In this document: positions 33,319-42,554 of the stretch, piece after piece
Numbering within the stretch: the first letter of the stretch is position 1
How the letters are laid out: each line of letters begins with the position of its first letter
Origin: Caldilineales bacterium
Lineage (GTDB): Bacteria; Chloroflexota; Anaerolineae; J102
Direction of reading: 5' to 3'
Assembly: GCA_013360575.1 (NCBI GenBank)
Contig: JABWBG010000001.1
Coordinates: 1-49,111 of the forward strand
Length of the DNA: 49,111 nt
Notes under the pieces: generated by a model
Databases searched by the model: none
What the model saw: only the letters and a program-made list of their open reading frames with translations
Told to the model about the DNA's origin: nothing
Made by a program: the position numbers and the translations under genes

Positions 33319-33431
33319 GTAGATATTGGATAGTAGATAGTGGATAGTGGATAGTGTAACGCGTCACAAGAGATAGATTTTAATCATTCACTACCCAATA
33401 TCGAATATCCAATACCCAATACCCAATAACC
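33319..33431 (+). repeat. Intergenic punctuation module: GATAGTG/GATATTG tandem arm, AT centre, CAATACC/CAATATC tandem arm
   Basis: The left arm 33319-33356 starts 3 nt after the stop. The right arm 33389-33431 is its approximate reverse complement. The centre contains TTTTAATCATT. The argG SD and ATG follow. Confidence 0.9.
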
Positions 33432-33451
33432 ATCATTCATTCGGAGTTTTC

Positions 33452-34726
33452 ATGTCTACCAAAAAACCCAAACCCACCGTCAACAAAGTCGTTCTGGCCT
33501 ATTCCGGCGGCCTCGATACCAGCGTGATCGTGCCCTGGCTGCGCAACAATTACGGCTGCGAAGTCATCTGCTTCTGCGCCAATCTCGGCCAGGAGGAGGA
33601 ACTGTCCGGCCTGGAGGCCAAGGCCATCGCTTCCGGCGCCAGCAAATGCTACATCGAAGACCTGCGGCTCGAATTCTTCAGCGATTTCATCCTCCCCACC
33701 ATCCAGGCCGGGGCAGTGTACGAACGCAAATACCTGCTGGGCACCTCCTTTGCCCGCCCACTGATCGCCAAACGCCTGGTCGAGATCGCCGAAATGGAGG
33801 GCGCGGACGCGGTAGCCCACGGCGCCACCGGCAAGGGCAATGATCAGGTGCGCTTCGAACTGACGATCATGGCCCTGAATCCCAAGCTGCGCATCATCGC
33901 CCCCTGGCGCGAATGGACGATCCGCGGGCGCAAGGACGCGCTCGACTACGCGGCCGAGCATAACGTGCCCGTGACCGCCACCGAGAAGTCGATCTACAGC
34001 CGCGACCGCAATCTCTTCCACATGAGCCACGAAGGCGGCCTGCTGGAAAACCCCTGGAACGAGCCGGAAGAGGTGATGTACACCCTCACCACCGCGCCGG
34101 AAGCCGCGCCCGACACCCCCGAATACCTGGAGATCGACTTCAAAGAGGGCGCGCCGGTGCGGGTCAATGGCGTGGCCTACGGGCTGCTGGGGATCATGGA
34201 AACGCTGAACGCCATCGGGGCCAAACACGGCATCGGCCGCATCGATCTGGTGGAAAACCGGCTGGTGGGGATGAAATCGCACGGGGTGTACGAGACGCCC
34301 GGCGGCACCCTGCTGCACGAGGCGCACGCCGCCCTGGAACAACTCTGCCTGGACAAAGACACGTTGCATTACAAACAGCAGGTCGGCCTGCGCTACGCCG
34401 AGCTGGTCTACAACGGCCAGTGGTTCACGCCCCTGCGCGAGGCGCTGGACGCGTTCGTGCAGAACACAGAAAAGAACCTCACCGGCTCGGTGCGCTTCAA
34501 GCTGTACAAAGGCAACGCCATCCTCGTGGGCCGCAAATCGCCCCACAGCCTCTATCGCGAAGATTATGTCACCTTCGATGAGGATGACGTGTACAACCAG
34601 CAGGACGCCGAAGGCTTCATCAAACTCTTTGGACTGCCGCTGAAGGTGCAGGCCATGCTCGAAATCGAGGGCAAAGGCGTCTCGCGCTACCGCTCCCCCG
34701 ACTTCAGCGCCTTCAAACGAGATTGA
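33452..34726 (+). CDS. argG: Argininosuccinate synthase
   Basis: 424 aa. [11 protein letters not shown] and [15 protein letters not shown] motifs. Confidence 0.95.
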   Translation: MSTKKPKPTVNKVVLAYSGGLDTSVIVPWLRNNYGCEVICFCANLGQEEELSGLEAKAIASGASKCYIEDLRLEFFSDFILPTIQAGAVYERKYLLGTSFARPLIAKRLVEIAEMEGADAVAHGATGKGNDQVRFELTIMALNPKLRIIAPWREWTIRGRKDALDYAAEHNVPVTATEKSIYSRDRNLFHMSHEGGLLENPWNEPEEVMYTLTTAPEAAPDTPEYLEIDFKEGAPVRVNGVAYGLLGIMETLNAIGAKHGIGRIDLVENRLVGMKSHGVYETPGGTLLHEAHAALEQLCLDKDTLHYKQQVGLRYAELVYNGQWFTPLREALDAFVQNTEKNLTGSVRFKLYKGNAILVGRKSPHSLYREDYVTFDEDDVYNQQDAEGFIKLFGLPLKVQAMLEIEGKGVSRYRSPDFSAFKRD

Positions 34727-34760
34727 CGCGACGCGCCGTCTCCTCTCCTCCACACTGCCC

Positions 34761-35984
34761 ATGAACCTTCCCTCCGGTTTCTCCTTCGGCGGCGTTGCCT
34801 GCGGCATCAAAAAGAACGGCGACCCCGACCTGGCCCTGGCCCTGAGCGAGACGCCCTGCACCGCGGCCGCGCTGTTCACGCAAAACCGTTTCGCCGCCGC
34901 GCCCGTGCAGTATGATCGCCAACTGCTCAGCCTGAATCCCGGCGGCGTACAAGCCGCGCTGATCAACAGCGGCAACGCCAACGCCGCCACCGGCGCCGCC
35001 GGGCTGGCCGCGACCCGGCGCAGCGCCGAGGCGGTCGAAACCATCTTCGGGCTGCCGCCCTGGTCGACTCTGGTCATGTCCACCGGCGTGATCGGCCAGC
35101 CCCTGCCGGTCGCACGCATCGAGACAGCGCTGCCCGGCCTGTTCCATAGCCTGCGGGCCGGCGTCGACGGGTTCCAGGCCGCGGCCCGCGCCATCATGAC
35201 CACCGACACCCACCCCAAGCTCGCCACGCAGCGCGTCGATCTGGGGGATGGCGTCATCACCCTGGCCGGGATCGCCAAAGGCGCGGGCATGATCCACCCA
35301 AACATGGCCACGATGCTGGCCCTGATCCTCACCGACGCCGCCCTGCCCCCCGACCTGTTGCACCTGGCCCTGCGCCAGGCCGCGGATCGCAGCTTCAACC
35401 GCATCAGCGTGGATGGCGACACCAGCACCAACGATACGCTGGCCCTGCTGGCCAACGGCGCCGCCGGATACACCATCACCGCCGCCGCCGCCCCCGCGTT
35501 CCAGGCCTTCACCGCCGGCCTGACCGCGGTCTGCACCGAACTGGCCCTGGCCATCGTGGCGGATGGCGAAGGCGCCACCAAACGGGCAACGATCCGCGTC
35601 TCTGGCCTGGCAGATGAGGCGCAGGCGCACCGCGTGGCCAACGCCATCGCCATCTCCCCCCTGGTCAAGACCGCCATCTACGGCGGCGACGCCAACTGGG
35701 GCCGCATCCTGGCCGCGGCAGGGAACAGCGGCGTCCCCTTCGCGGCGGAGCAGGCGCAGTTGTGGATTTCGGGCGGGGCCAGCGCCGCGGAGATGCTGCC
35801 CGCCCTGCAACTGGTCGCCGGCGGCGCGCCCCTGCCCTTTGCCGAGACAGAATCCACCCGGCGCTTTGCCCAGCCCGAACTGCTCATCGACCTGCGCCTG
35901 GGCGACGGCCCCGGCCAGGCGACGATGTGGACCTGCGACCTCAGCCACGACTACGTCACCATCAACGGCATGTACCGCACCTGA
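34761..35984 (+). CDS. argJ: Bifunctional glutamate N-acetyltransferase/amino-acid acetyltransferase
   Basis: 407 aa. GFSFGGVACGIKK, with autoprocessing site HPNMATML. Confidence 0.95.
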   Translation: MNLPSGFSFGGVACGIKKNGDPDLALALSETPCTAAALFTQNRFAAAPVQYDRQLLSLNPGGVQAALINSGNANAATGAAGLAATRRSAEAVETIFGLPPWSTLVMSTGVIGQPLPVARIETALPGLFHSLRAGVDGFQAAARAIMTTDTHPKLATQRVDLGDGVITLAGIAKGAGMIHPNMATMLALILTDAALPPDLLHLALRQAADRSFNRISVDGDTSTNDTLALLANGAAGYTITAAAAPAFQAFTAGLTAVCTELALAIVADGEGATKRATIRVSGLADEAQAHRVANAIAISPLVKTAIYGGDANWGRILAAAGNSGVPFAAEQAQLWISGGASAAEMLPALQLVAGGAPLPFAETESTRRFAQPELLIDLRLGDGPGQATMWTCDLSHDYVTINGMYRT

Positions 35985-36070
35985 AGCGAAAGCAGTTCGG
36001 CGGGGCAGCGGCCTGCTTGGTCTGCCCTGCGCCGGCGTGTATAATGCACGGCTAATCTTCTCATCCGAGG

Positions 36071-37069
36071 TTGCGAGTGAATCCCCAAGAAACACTGCGG
36101 TGCAGCGTCTGCATCACCGCCTATAACGAAGAGGCCAACATCGGCCCCCTGCTGGCCGCGATCACCGACCAACATCTGCACCAGGTCGAGATCAGCGAGA
36201 TCGTGGTCGTGGCCAGCGCCTGCACCGACCGCACCGTGCCGATCGTGCGGGAGTGGATGGCCAAGGATGCTCGCATCCAGTTGATCGAACAGCCGCGGCG
36301 AGAGGGCAAAACCGCCGCGGTCAACGCCTTTCTGCGCGTGGCGCGGGAGGAGGTCTGCGTGCTGGAAAGCGGCGACACGCTGCCGCACGAGTCCGCCATC
36401 GAGCATCTGGTGCGCATGTTTCACGACCCCGCGGTGGGTATGACCGGCGCGCACAAGGTGCCGGTGAACACGCCCGACCATCTCGCCGGCGTCTTCACCT
36501 ATCTGCGCTTGCAGATGGAGCATGAACTCTGCCTGGAGATCCCCCGGCTGGGCGAATTGATCGCGTTCCGCCGCGTGTTCGACCAGATCCCGGCGGATGT
36601 GGCCATGGACGAAGCGTTTGTGGAGGCGATCATCGTGGAGCGGGGCATGCAGGTGCGGTATGCGCCCGACGCCGTCGTCTACAACACCGGCCCCAGCACG
36701 ATCAGCGATTTCGTGCGCCAGCGCCGGCGCAACCATGCCGGCCATCTCTATCTGAAGCAGAAATATGGCTACAAAGTCAGCAGCCTGCGCAAACGCAAGG
36801 TGGCGCGGGTGGCGTTTCGCCAGGTCTGGCAGGCGGTGTGGGGCGCGGTGCGGTTGTTCTGGGTGGTAGGGCTGCTGGCGGTGCTCGAAGGCTGGGCCCG
36901 TCTGCTGGGCTGGTATGATTTCGCCCTGCGCGGGGAACGGCATGTCGTCTGGGATATGGCCTGGTCGCAGAAGGCGGATGTGGGCAGCGAGCGCGCCCGG
37001 CGGGCGCAAGCAGGCGGCGAAGGCCCGGCCAAACCCGCGCCAGTGGCCGCGAACAAGCCGCAGGGTTGA
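36071..37069 (+). CDS. Family 2 glycosyltransferase
   Basis: CSVCITAYNEEANIGPLL and a later acidic motif. The start is uncertain (TTG 36071 or GTG 36077). Confidence 0.8.
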   Translation: MRVNPQETLRCSVCITAYNEEANIGPLLAAITDQHLHQVEISEIVVVASACTDRTVPIVREWMAKDARIQLIEQPRREGKTAAVNAFLRVAREEVCVLESGDTLPHESAIEHLVRMFHDPAVGMTGAHKVPVNTPDHLAGVFTYLRLQMEHELCLEIPRLGELIAFRRVFDQIPADVAMDEAFVEAIIVERGMQVRYAPDAVVYNTGPSTISDFVRQRRRNHAGHLYLKQKYGYKVSSLRKRKVARVAFRQVWQAVWGAVRLFWVVGLLAVLEGWARLLGWYDFALRGERHVVWDMAWSQKADVGSERARRAQAGGEGPAKPAPVAANKPQG

Positions 37070-37070
37070 G

Positions 37071-38033
37071 ATGCGCTCTCCCCGCGCTGCCCTTTACCTG
37101 CGTCTGGCGGTCAGTCTGGGGCTGATCGCGCTGGTCATCTACCTCTTCCGCGATCGCTGGCGCGAGGTGGCGACGAATCTGCTGCGCGCCCACCCCTGGC
37201 TGCTGGCCCTGGGCGTGCTGCTATTTCTGATCGCCATGGTGATCAACGCCCTGAAGTGGTGGGTGCTGCTACGGGCGCAGGAGATCGCCATCCCCTTCCG
37301 GGCGGTGCTGAACTACACCTTTGTCGGCTTTTTCTTCAATAATCTATTGCCGGCCAACATCGGCGGGGATGTGATGCGCGGGGTGGGCGTGGCGTATCAC
37401 ACCGAGCGGGCCGCGCAGGCTGCGGCCTCGGTGGTGCTCGACCGCATCATCGGCCTCTCGGCCTACATGAGTGTGGCCGCGCTGGCTTCGGGGATCACGG
37501 TTTTCGTCACCGGGCGCAGCGACCTGCAAGTGCTGGTGCTGGTGGCTGTGGTAGCCACTGCGGCCCTGGCCGTGGTGGCGGCAGTTTTGCTCAGCCGGCG
37601 GGTGCGGGCGCTTGTGGGGCGGGTCATCGCGGCCACGCCGTTGCGCCCCCTGCACGCGATCTGGGAATCTCTATCCACCGCGTTCGAGGCCTACCGCTAC
37701 CGCTATCGCTCTTTATTGCTGGCCTATGGCATCGGGCTGGGGGGCATCCTCTCCACCTCGTGGGTCAATTTCGTCCTGTCCGAGAGCCTGGGCGGGGGGA
37801 TTTCATTGCTGCACATTTTGCTGTTCACCCCTCTGACCGCGCTGGTGCTGATCATCCCCATTTCCATCGGCGGCCTGGGCCTGAACCAGGTGGCCTATCC
37901 CTTTTTCTACGGACTGGTGGGCACGCCCGCCCCGCACGCGCTGGCCCTGAGTCTGTTCATTCAGGCCACACAGGTGCTGTGCAGCCTGCCCGGCGGCCTG
38001 CTCTGGCTGCGCTGGCGGCGAGAAAAACGTTAG
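37071..38033 (+). CDS. Flippase-like/UPF0104 (lysyl-PG-synthase TM-region family) membrane protein
   Basis: ATG 37071 lies 1 nt after the upstream stop. Polytopic, with the motif FFNNLLPANIGGDVMRG. Confidence 0.75.
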   Translation: MRSPRAALYLRLAVSLGLIALVIYLFRDRWREVATNLLRAHPWLLALGVLLFLIAMVINALKWWVLLRAQEIAIPFRAVLNYTFVGFFFNNLLPANIGGDVMRGVGVAYHTERAAQAAASVVLDRIIGLSAYMSVAALASGITVFVTGRSDLQVLVLVAVVATAALAVVAAVLLSRRVRALVGRVIAATPLRPLHAIWESLSTAFEAYRYRYRSLLLAYGIGLGGILSTSWVNFVLSESLGGGISLLHILLFTPLTALVLIIPISIGGLGLNQVAYPFFYGLVGTPAPHALALSLFIQATQVLCSLPGGLLWLRWRREKR

Positions 38034-38036
38034 GAT

Positions 38037-38181
38037 GGGTATTGGATATTGGATATTGGATATTGTTCGATCGTTAATGATTAGCGATTGATGATTAATC
38101 ATTAATACCCAATATCAAATATCAAATATCTAATGCCTAATACCTAATACCCAATATCAAATATCAAATATCAAATACCCC
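38037..38181 (+). repeat. Intergenic punctuation module: TATTGGA tandem arm, TTAATGATTA...TAATCATTAA centre, AATATCA/CCTAATA tandem arm
   Basis: The left arm 38037-38065 starts 3 nt after the stop. The AT hairpin arms are 38074-38083 and 38096-38105. The right arm 38108-38181 runs to the base before ATG 38182. Confidence 0.9.
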
Positions 38182-38829
38182 ATGCCTCTCCCCGCCATCA
38201 CCGCAGAACAAGCGCAGGCCCTGTACGGGCAGGATGACGCCGCCCATGCCTTCGACCATGTGCTGCGGGTGACGCGGCTGGCCGTGCATATCGCCGCAGC
38301 CGAGGGCGCGGATGTGCACGTGGTGCGCACCGCCGGCCTGTTGCACGATTGCGCCCGCAACGAGCCAGATCACCATCTGGCCGGGGCCAGGCAGGCGCGG
38401 GCCTTGCTGGCTGCCGAACCGCAGTCCTTTGTGGACGCGGTGGCGCACTGCATCGAGGCCCACCGTTTCAGCGTGGCGCCCCATCCCCAAACCCTGGAGG
38501 CGCGCTGCCTGTGCGACGCCGACCGCCTGGATGCCATCGGCGCCATTGGCGTGGCCAGGGCCTTCGCCTTTGCCGGGCGTCAGCGCAGCCACCTGTGGAG
38601 CGCGCCTCTGGCCACGCTGCGGCCAGAGATCGGCGCGGATGTGGCTGCCTATCGCCGGCAGTTCGGCGGCGCGCCGGCCTACACGCCCGGCCACGAGTTC
38701 ATCTGCAAACTGGAAGGGTTGGCTGCTGAGTTGTACACCGCCACGGCCCAGGCCATAGCTGCAGAGCGGGCACGCTTCATGGCCGAGTTCTTCGCCCGTC
38801 TGGATGCCGAAGCGCTGGGCGAGGTATGA
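38182..38829 (+). CDS. HD-domain phosphohydrolase
   Basis: 215 aa. H..HVLRV, LLHDCAR and DADRLDAIGAIG motifs. Confidence 0.85.
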   Translation: MPLPAITAEQAQALYGQDDAAHAFDHVLRVTRLAVHIAAAEGADVHVVRTAGLLHDCARNEPDHHLAGARQARALLAAEPQSFVDAVAHCIEAHRFSVAPHPQTLEARCLCDADRLDAIGAIGVARAFAFAGRQRSHLWSAPLATLRPEIGADVAAYRRQFGGAPAYTPGHEFICKLEGLAAELYTATAQAIAAERARFMAEFFARLDAEALGEV

Positions 38830-38830
38830 G

Positions 38831-39096
38831 TTTTTTTAACGCAAAGGAACGCAAAGATTTTTAACGCAAAGACGCAGAGATTCGCAGAGGTTCGCAGAGG
38901 TTTTTGTATGATGATTAATTATTAATAGAAATTTTTTATTGAATATTTTACTACTTTATTTCTATTCTGCGAAAAATCTTATAAATTATTAAAAAAACCT
39001 CTGCGCCCCTCTGCGAACCTCTGCGTCTTTGCGTTAAAAAACTCTGCGTTCCTCCGCGCCTTTGCGTTAAAAAACTCTGCATCTTTGCGTTAAAAA
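38831..39096. repeat. Large imperfect palindrome between convergent genes (tandem TTTTTAACGCAAAG / GCAGAGG units, AT-rich centre)
   Basis: The left arm 38831-38905 and right arm 38992-39096 are approximate reverse complements sharing AAAAACCTCTGCG, TCTTTGCGTTAAAAA and TTTGCGTTAAAAA. An 86-nt AT-rich centre contains GATTAATTATTAAT. Confidence 0.9.
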
Positions 39097-39110
39097 TCCC
39101 CGCGTCCCTC

Positions 39111-39641
39111 TCACCCCGCGCCAGGGTCGAGGAAATCGCCGGCGACCCAGCCTTCGCCGATGCTGCCATCCTCCCGCTCAAAACGGATGCCCCACCAGGT
39201 GTAGGTATCGGCGCGCTGCGGGCCGTCATACACCTCGACGATGGCGCCCAAAGGCAGGGTAATGACCGGATCGAAATTGGTGCCGGGGCCGCTGCGCACA
39301 CGCAGGCCCGATTCAGCGTTGACCGTAGCCTCGATGCCGACGCGCAGCACATCGGCTACCGCCGGCGTGGGCGTGGGCGGCTCTGGCGTGGGCGTGGGCG
39401 GCTGCGGTGTGGGCGTGGGCGGTTCCGGCGTGGGCGTGGCAGTGGGAGGCAAGGCCGCGACCAGAGTCGCGGTGGGCGGAACCGGCGTGGGCGAGGCCAG
39501 GACGCCCGGTTCCAGCATGTTGGCGAAGGTATAGAACAGGCCACCGGTGATGAGGATGGCTGCAAAGGGGATGAGCAGGGCGACCCAGGGCGAACGTGGC
39601 CGCTGCTGTCGCCGCCGCCCCTGATAACGTCGTGGTGTCAT
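39111..39641 (-). CDS. Membrane-anchored SH3b-domain protein with PT-repeat linker
   Basis: Start taken at MTPRRYQ.. (39641). It has a TM helix, an (E/Q)PPTPTP x3 linker, and a C-terminal SH3b-like SGLRVRSGPGTNFDPVITLPLGAIVEV. Confidence 0.75.
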   Translation of the reverse strand: MTPRRYQGRRRQQRPRSPWVALLIPFAAILITGGLFYTFANMLEPGVLASPTPVPPTATLVAALPPTATPTPEPPTPTPQPPTPTPEPPTPTPAVADVLRVGIEATVNAESGLRVRSGPGTNFDPVITLPLGAIVEVYDGPQRADTYTWWGIRFEREDGSIGEGWVAGDFLDPGAG

Positions 39642-39824
39642 GCGTGCTCCGACTGGGTGTGTAGGATGGGGCAAGTATACCATGTTCCCGCGGCCGCGGG
39701 GCAATGCCGGCGCAGGCGTTTGCAGCAGGAGGATATCCCAAGACAACGCTGCGCCTGCCGGCAAAATAACCCAAATTTATCCCAAGGTTTTCCCAAATCC
39801 ATCCGCCGCGGCCATCTCCGGCGC

Positions 39825-40310
39825 TCAGGACTCATTGGCGGCGGTCAGGGCCAGCACATATTTGTCGGGCACTTGCACGGCCACCACCTGCCCCCGCACC
39901 GTCACCTCCTCCCCGGCCAGCAGGACGACATCCACCACAACTTTGCGGCCTTTGATCTCGGCGATGCGCCCGCGCAGCACCAGTTCCGGCCCCAGGGGCG
40001 TGGGTTTGAGGTAATCGACATGCAGGGATGCGGTGAGATAGCGCAGGGCCGGCTCCGTGTCCATCTCGCGGCCTTCGGCGCGGTAGGCCGCGGCCGCGGC
40101 TGAGCCGGTGCTATGACAATCGACCAGCGAAGCCAGCAGGCCGCCGTAGACATAGCCGGGGATGGCCTTGTGCTGCGGGCTGGGTGTGAAACGTGTCACC
40201 GTCTCTTCCCCATCCCAAAAGGTCTTGATCTGATAGCCCTGGTCGTTGAGACGTCCGCAGCCGTAGCAATGCGCCAGGTGATCCGGGTAGTAATCTTGGA
40301 AAGCTTTCAT
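39825..40310 (-). CDS. PaaI-family hotdog-fold thioesterase
   Basis: 161 aa. CYGCG zinc-like N-terminus, GYVYGGLLASLVD and a hotdog core. Confidence 0.8.
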   Translation of the reverse strand: MKAFQDYYPDHLAHCYGCGRLNDQGYQIKTFWDGEETVTRFTPSPQHKAIPGYVYGGLLASLVDCHSTGSAAAAAYRAEGREMDTEPALRYLTASLHVDYLKPTPLGPELVLRGRIAEIKGRKVVVDVVLLAGEEVTVRGQVVAVQVPDKYVLALTAANES

Positions 40311-40503
40311 GGGGTGGGGGGGGGGTGGTTGGTTGGTTAGTTGGTTAGTTGGTTAGTTGGTTGGTTGGTTGGTTGGTTGGTTGGTAGATTGGTAGATTGG
40401 TAAATTGGTAGATTGGTAAATTGGTAGATTGGTCGTGAATTAGGAGAAATCATCACGCACCACGCACCACGCCCCACGCACCACGCATCACGCATCACGC
40501 ATC
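40311..40503. repeat. Three consecutive tandem arrays between GDPD stop and thioesterase start
   Basis: The plus strand reads: G-tract, (A/G)GTTGGTT 8-mers, GGTA(G/A)ATT 8-mers x6, an AT-rich centre, then CACGCA(C/T) 7-mers x8. In gene sense (minus strand) this is GT-rich after the stop and CA-rich plus a C-tract before the ATG. Confidence 0.9.
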
Positions 40504-40508
40504 ACGCT

Positions 40509-41387
40509 CTATCTTTGTAAAATGGCGAGTAAACGATCGGGATAGTCGGTGATGATGCCGTCGACGCCGAGGTCGATCAGCCGCTGCATGTGATCAGGAT
40601 CGTTGATCGTCCAGGCTTCTACCTGCATGTTGCGGCCATGCGTGGCGCGCACGAAGCCGCGCGTCAAGATCTCGATGCCGCTACGGCTCTGCGGCACCTG
40701 CACGGCGTGGGCCTGCGGACGGTAGAGCCAGCCCAATCCCACTTTGCTGAGCAGCACCAGGGGCAGCAGCTCATCCTCGGCCCCCGAGGTGGCGATCTCG
40801 GGGCAGGTCTGGCGGAAGGATTGCATGCGTTCGTCGTGGAAAGAGGCCACCAGCACCTCGGTTTGCTTGCCGAACTGCCGGATCAGGGCGCAGAAAGGCT
40901 CAGCCATATCCCGCTCACTCTTCTTGATCTCGATGTTCATGGGCATGCCGGGGAAGGCGGTGAACACCTCGTGCAGCGTGGGCACGGTGATGCCCTGCCC
41001 GCGGAAAGGAAAGGTCTGGCCATTGTCAGGCGACCAGTCGTAGCCCGCGTCCAGGTTTTTCAGCGCGGCCAGGGTCATGGCCTCGATCGGGCCGCTGCCA
41101 TCGGTGGTGCGGTCCACAGTCTCATCGTGCATCAACACCAGCACGCCATCCGCGGTGATGTGCAGATCCATCTCCAGCACATCCACGCCCAGCGCTGCAG
41201 CCCGCTCGAAGGCGAAAAGGGTGTCGCCTGGCCACAGGCCATCTCCGCCCTGATGGGCAATGACCAGGGGCCGCTGCGCGAAGCGGGCATAGTAGGGATG
41301 ATCGGCGATGGGGCGAGCAAACAGGGCGGTGACGCCCAAAATGGCGATCAGCAAGAGCAGCAGGGTGAGGAGGATACGTCGGCGCAT
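40509..41387 (-). CDS. Glycerophosphodiester phosphodiesterase with N-terminal signal/anchor
   Basis: Start at MRRRILLTLLLLL (41387). VIAHQGGDG and HDETVDRTT motifs. The longer ORF-track frame upstream is not coding. Confidence 0.9.
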   Translation of the reverse strand: MRRRILLTLLLLLIAILGVTALFARPIADHPYYARFAQRPLVIAHQGGDGLWPGDTLFAFERAAALGVDVLEMDLHITADGVLVLMHDETVDRTTDGSGPIEAMTLAALKNLDAGYDWSPDNGQTFPFRGQGITVPTLHEVFTAFPGMPMNIEIKKSERDMAEPFCALIRQFGKQTEVLVASFHDERMQSFRQTCPEIATSGAEDELLPLVLLSKVGLGWLYRPQAHAVQVPQSRSGIEILTRGFVRATHGRNMQVEAWTINDPDHMQRLIDLGVDGIITDYPDRLLAILQR

Positions 41388-41493
41388 GGCAAGGGGTGGG
41401 GGGGGGCGGGGTGGGGCAGGAACGGTGCGCGCTATTGTAGCAGGCGGGGGCGGGAAGTTGACAAACGCCGGGAAGGATAGGGACAATGGCGGC

Positions 41494-42477
41494 ATGACCG
41501 CCATTTCGCTGATCTGCACGGTGTACAACGAGGGCGCAGCGATCCACCGTCTGCTGGAAAGCATCGCCGGCCAGACCCTGCTGCCCGATGAGGTGCTATT
41601 CGTGGATGGCGGGTCCAGCGATGACACCGTGGCGCAGATCGAGGCATACGCGGATCGGCTGCCGCTGCGCGTGCTGGTGGCGCCGGGCGCGAATATCTCG
41701 CGGGGGCGCAACCTCGCCATTGCCGCGGCCGCGGGGGAAATCATCGCCGTGACCGATGCCGGCGTGCGGCTGGCGCCGGTTTGGCTGGAGGAGATCACCT
41801 GGCCCCTGCGCCAGAACGCGGAACTGCCGGCGGTGGCCGGTTGGTTCGAGGTGGATGCGGCCACGCCCTTCGAGGCGGCGATGGGCGCCACCGTGCTGCC
41901 CACTGTCAGCGAGATCGATCCGGCGCGCTTTCTGCCCTCCAGCCGCTCGCTGGCGGTGCGCAAATCAGCCTGGGCCGCGGCGGGGGGCTATCCCGAATGG
42001 CTGGATTATTGCGAAGATCTGGTGTTCGACTTTGCTTTACGCCAGCAGGGCGGTCTGGGCTGGGCGCCAGAGGCGGTGGCGCATTTTCGCCCGCGCGGGT
42101 CGTTGCCGGCCTTTTTCCGGCAGTATTACCGCTACAGCCGCGGGGATGGCAAGGCGGATCTGTGGCGCAAGCGACATGCCCTGCGTTACGCCGCCTATCT
42201 GTGGATTGGGCCGGGGTTGCTGTGGCTGGCGATGGCGGCGCATCCGCTTTTTCTGCTCCTGCTGGCGGCAGGGTTCGCCCTCTATTGCCGCACGCCCTAT
42301 CGCCGGCTGCTGGCGGCATGGGCGCGGCCCCTGACCTCGGGCCGGCGGCTGACGCGGGCCGAGAAGCTGGCCACCCTGCTGCTGGTACCCTTGATCCGCG
42401 TGGTGGGGGACGTGGCCAAGATGGTGGGGTATCCGGCAGGCGTGTGGTGGCGGTACAAACCAATGATTAATGATTAA
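41494..42477 (+). CDS. Family 2 glycosyltransferase with C-terminal TM segments
   Basis: ISLICTVYNEGAAI..VDGGSSDDT. TTGACA (41458-41463), 18 nt, GACAAT (41482-41487), then ATG 6 nt later suggests a leaderless start. The last codons MIND* lie in the AT palindrome. Confidence 0.85.
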   Translation: MTAISLICTVYNEGAAIHRLLESIAGQTLLPDEVLFVDGGSSDDTVAQIEAYADRLPLRVLVAPGANISRGRNLAIAAAAGEIIAVTDAGVRLAPVWLEEITWPLRQNAELPAVAGWFEVDAATPFEAAMGATVLPTVSEIDPARFLPSSRSLAVRKSAWAAAGGYPEWLDYCEDLVFDFALRQQGGLGWAPEAVAHFRPRGSLPAFFRQYYRYSRGDGKADLWRKRHALRYAAYLWIGPGLLWLAMAAHPLFLLLLAAGFALYCRTPYRRLLAAWARPLTSGRRLTRAEKLATLLLVPLIRVVGDVAKMVGYPAGVWWRYKPMIND

Positions 42478-42501
42478 TAATCAATCATTAATCATTAATC
42501 A
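42464..42501. repeat. Perfect 15-bp AT hairpin overlapping the stop codon
   Basis: TGATTAATGATTAAT (42464-42478) / ATTAATCATTAATCA (42487-42501), with an 8-nt loop. The stop TAA is at 42475-42477, inside the left arm. Confidence 0.95.
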
Positions 42502-42554
42502 TCATCCTTTAACTACTGTTTCGGTGATGCGGCGAACGACTGTTGCCGCCTCTG

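Noticed and set aside
40311-40503. CRISPR array, considered here and for the other tandem arrays at 1332-1380, 27236-27283, 27781-27831, 32085-32162, 33319-33431 and 38037-38181.
   Set aside because: Units are 7-21 nt and directly abutting, with no unique spacers of 25-40 nt. No cas genes are present.
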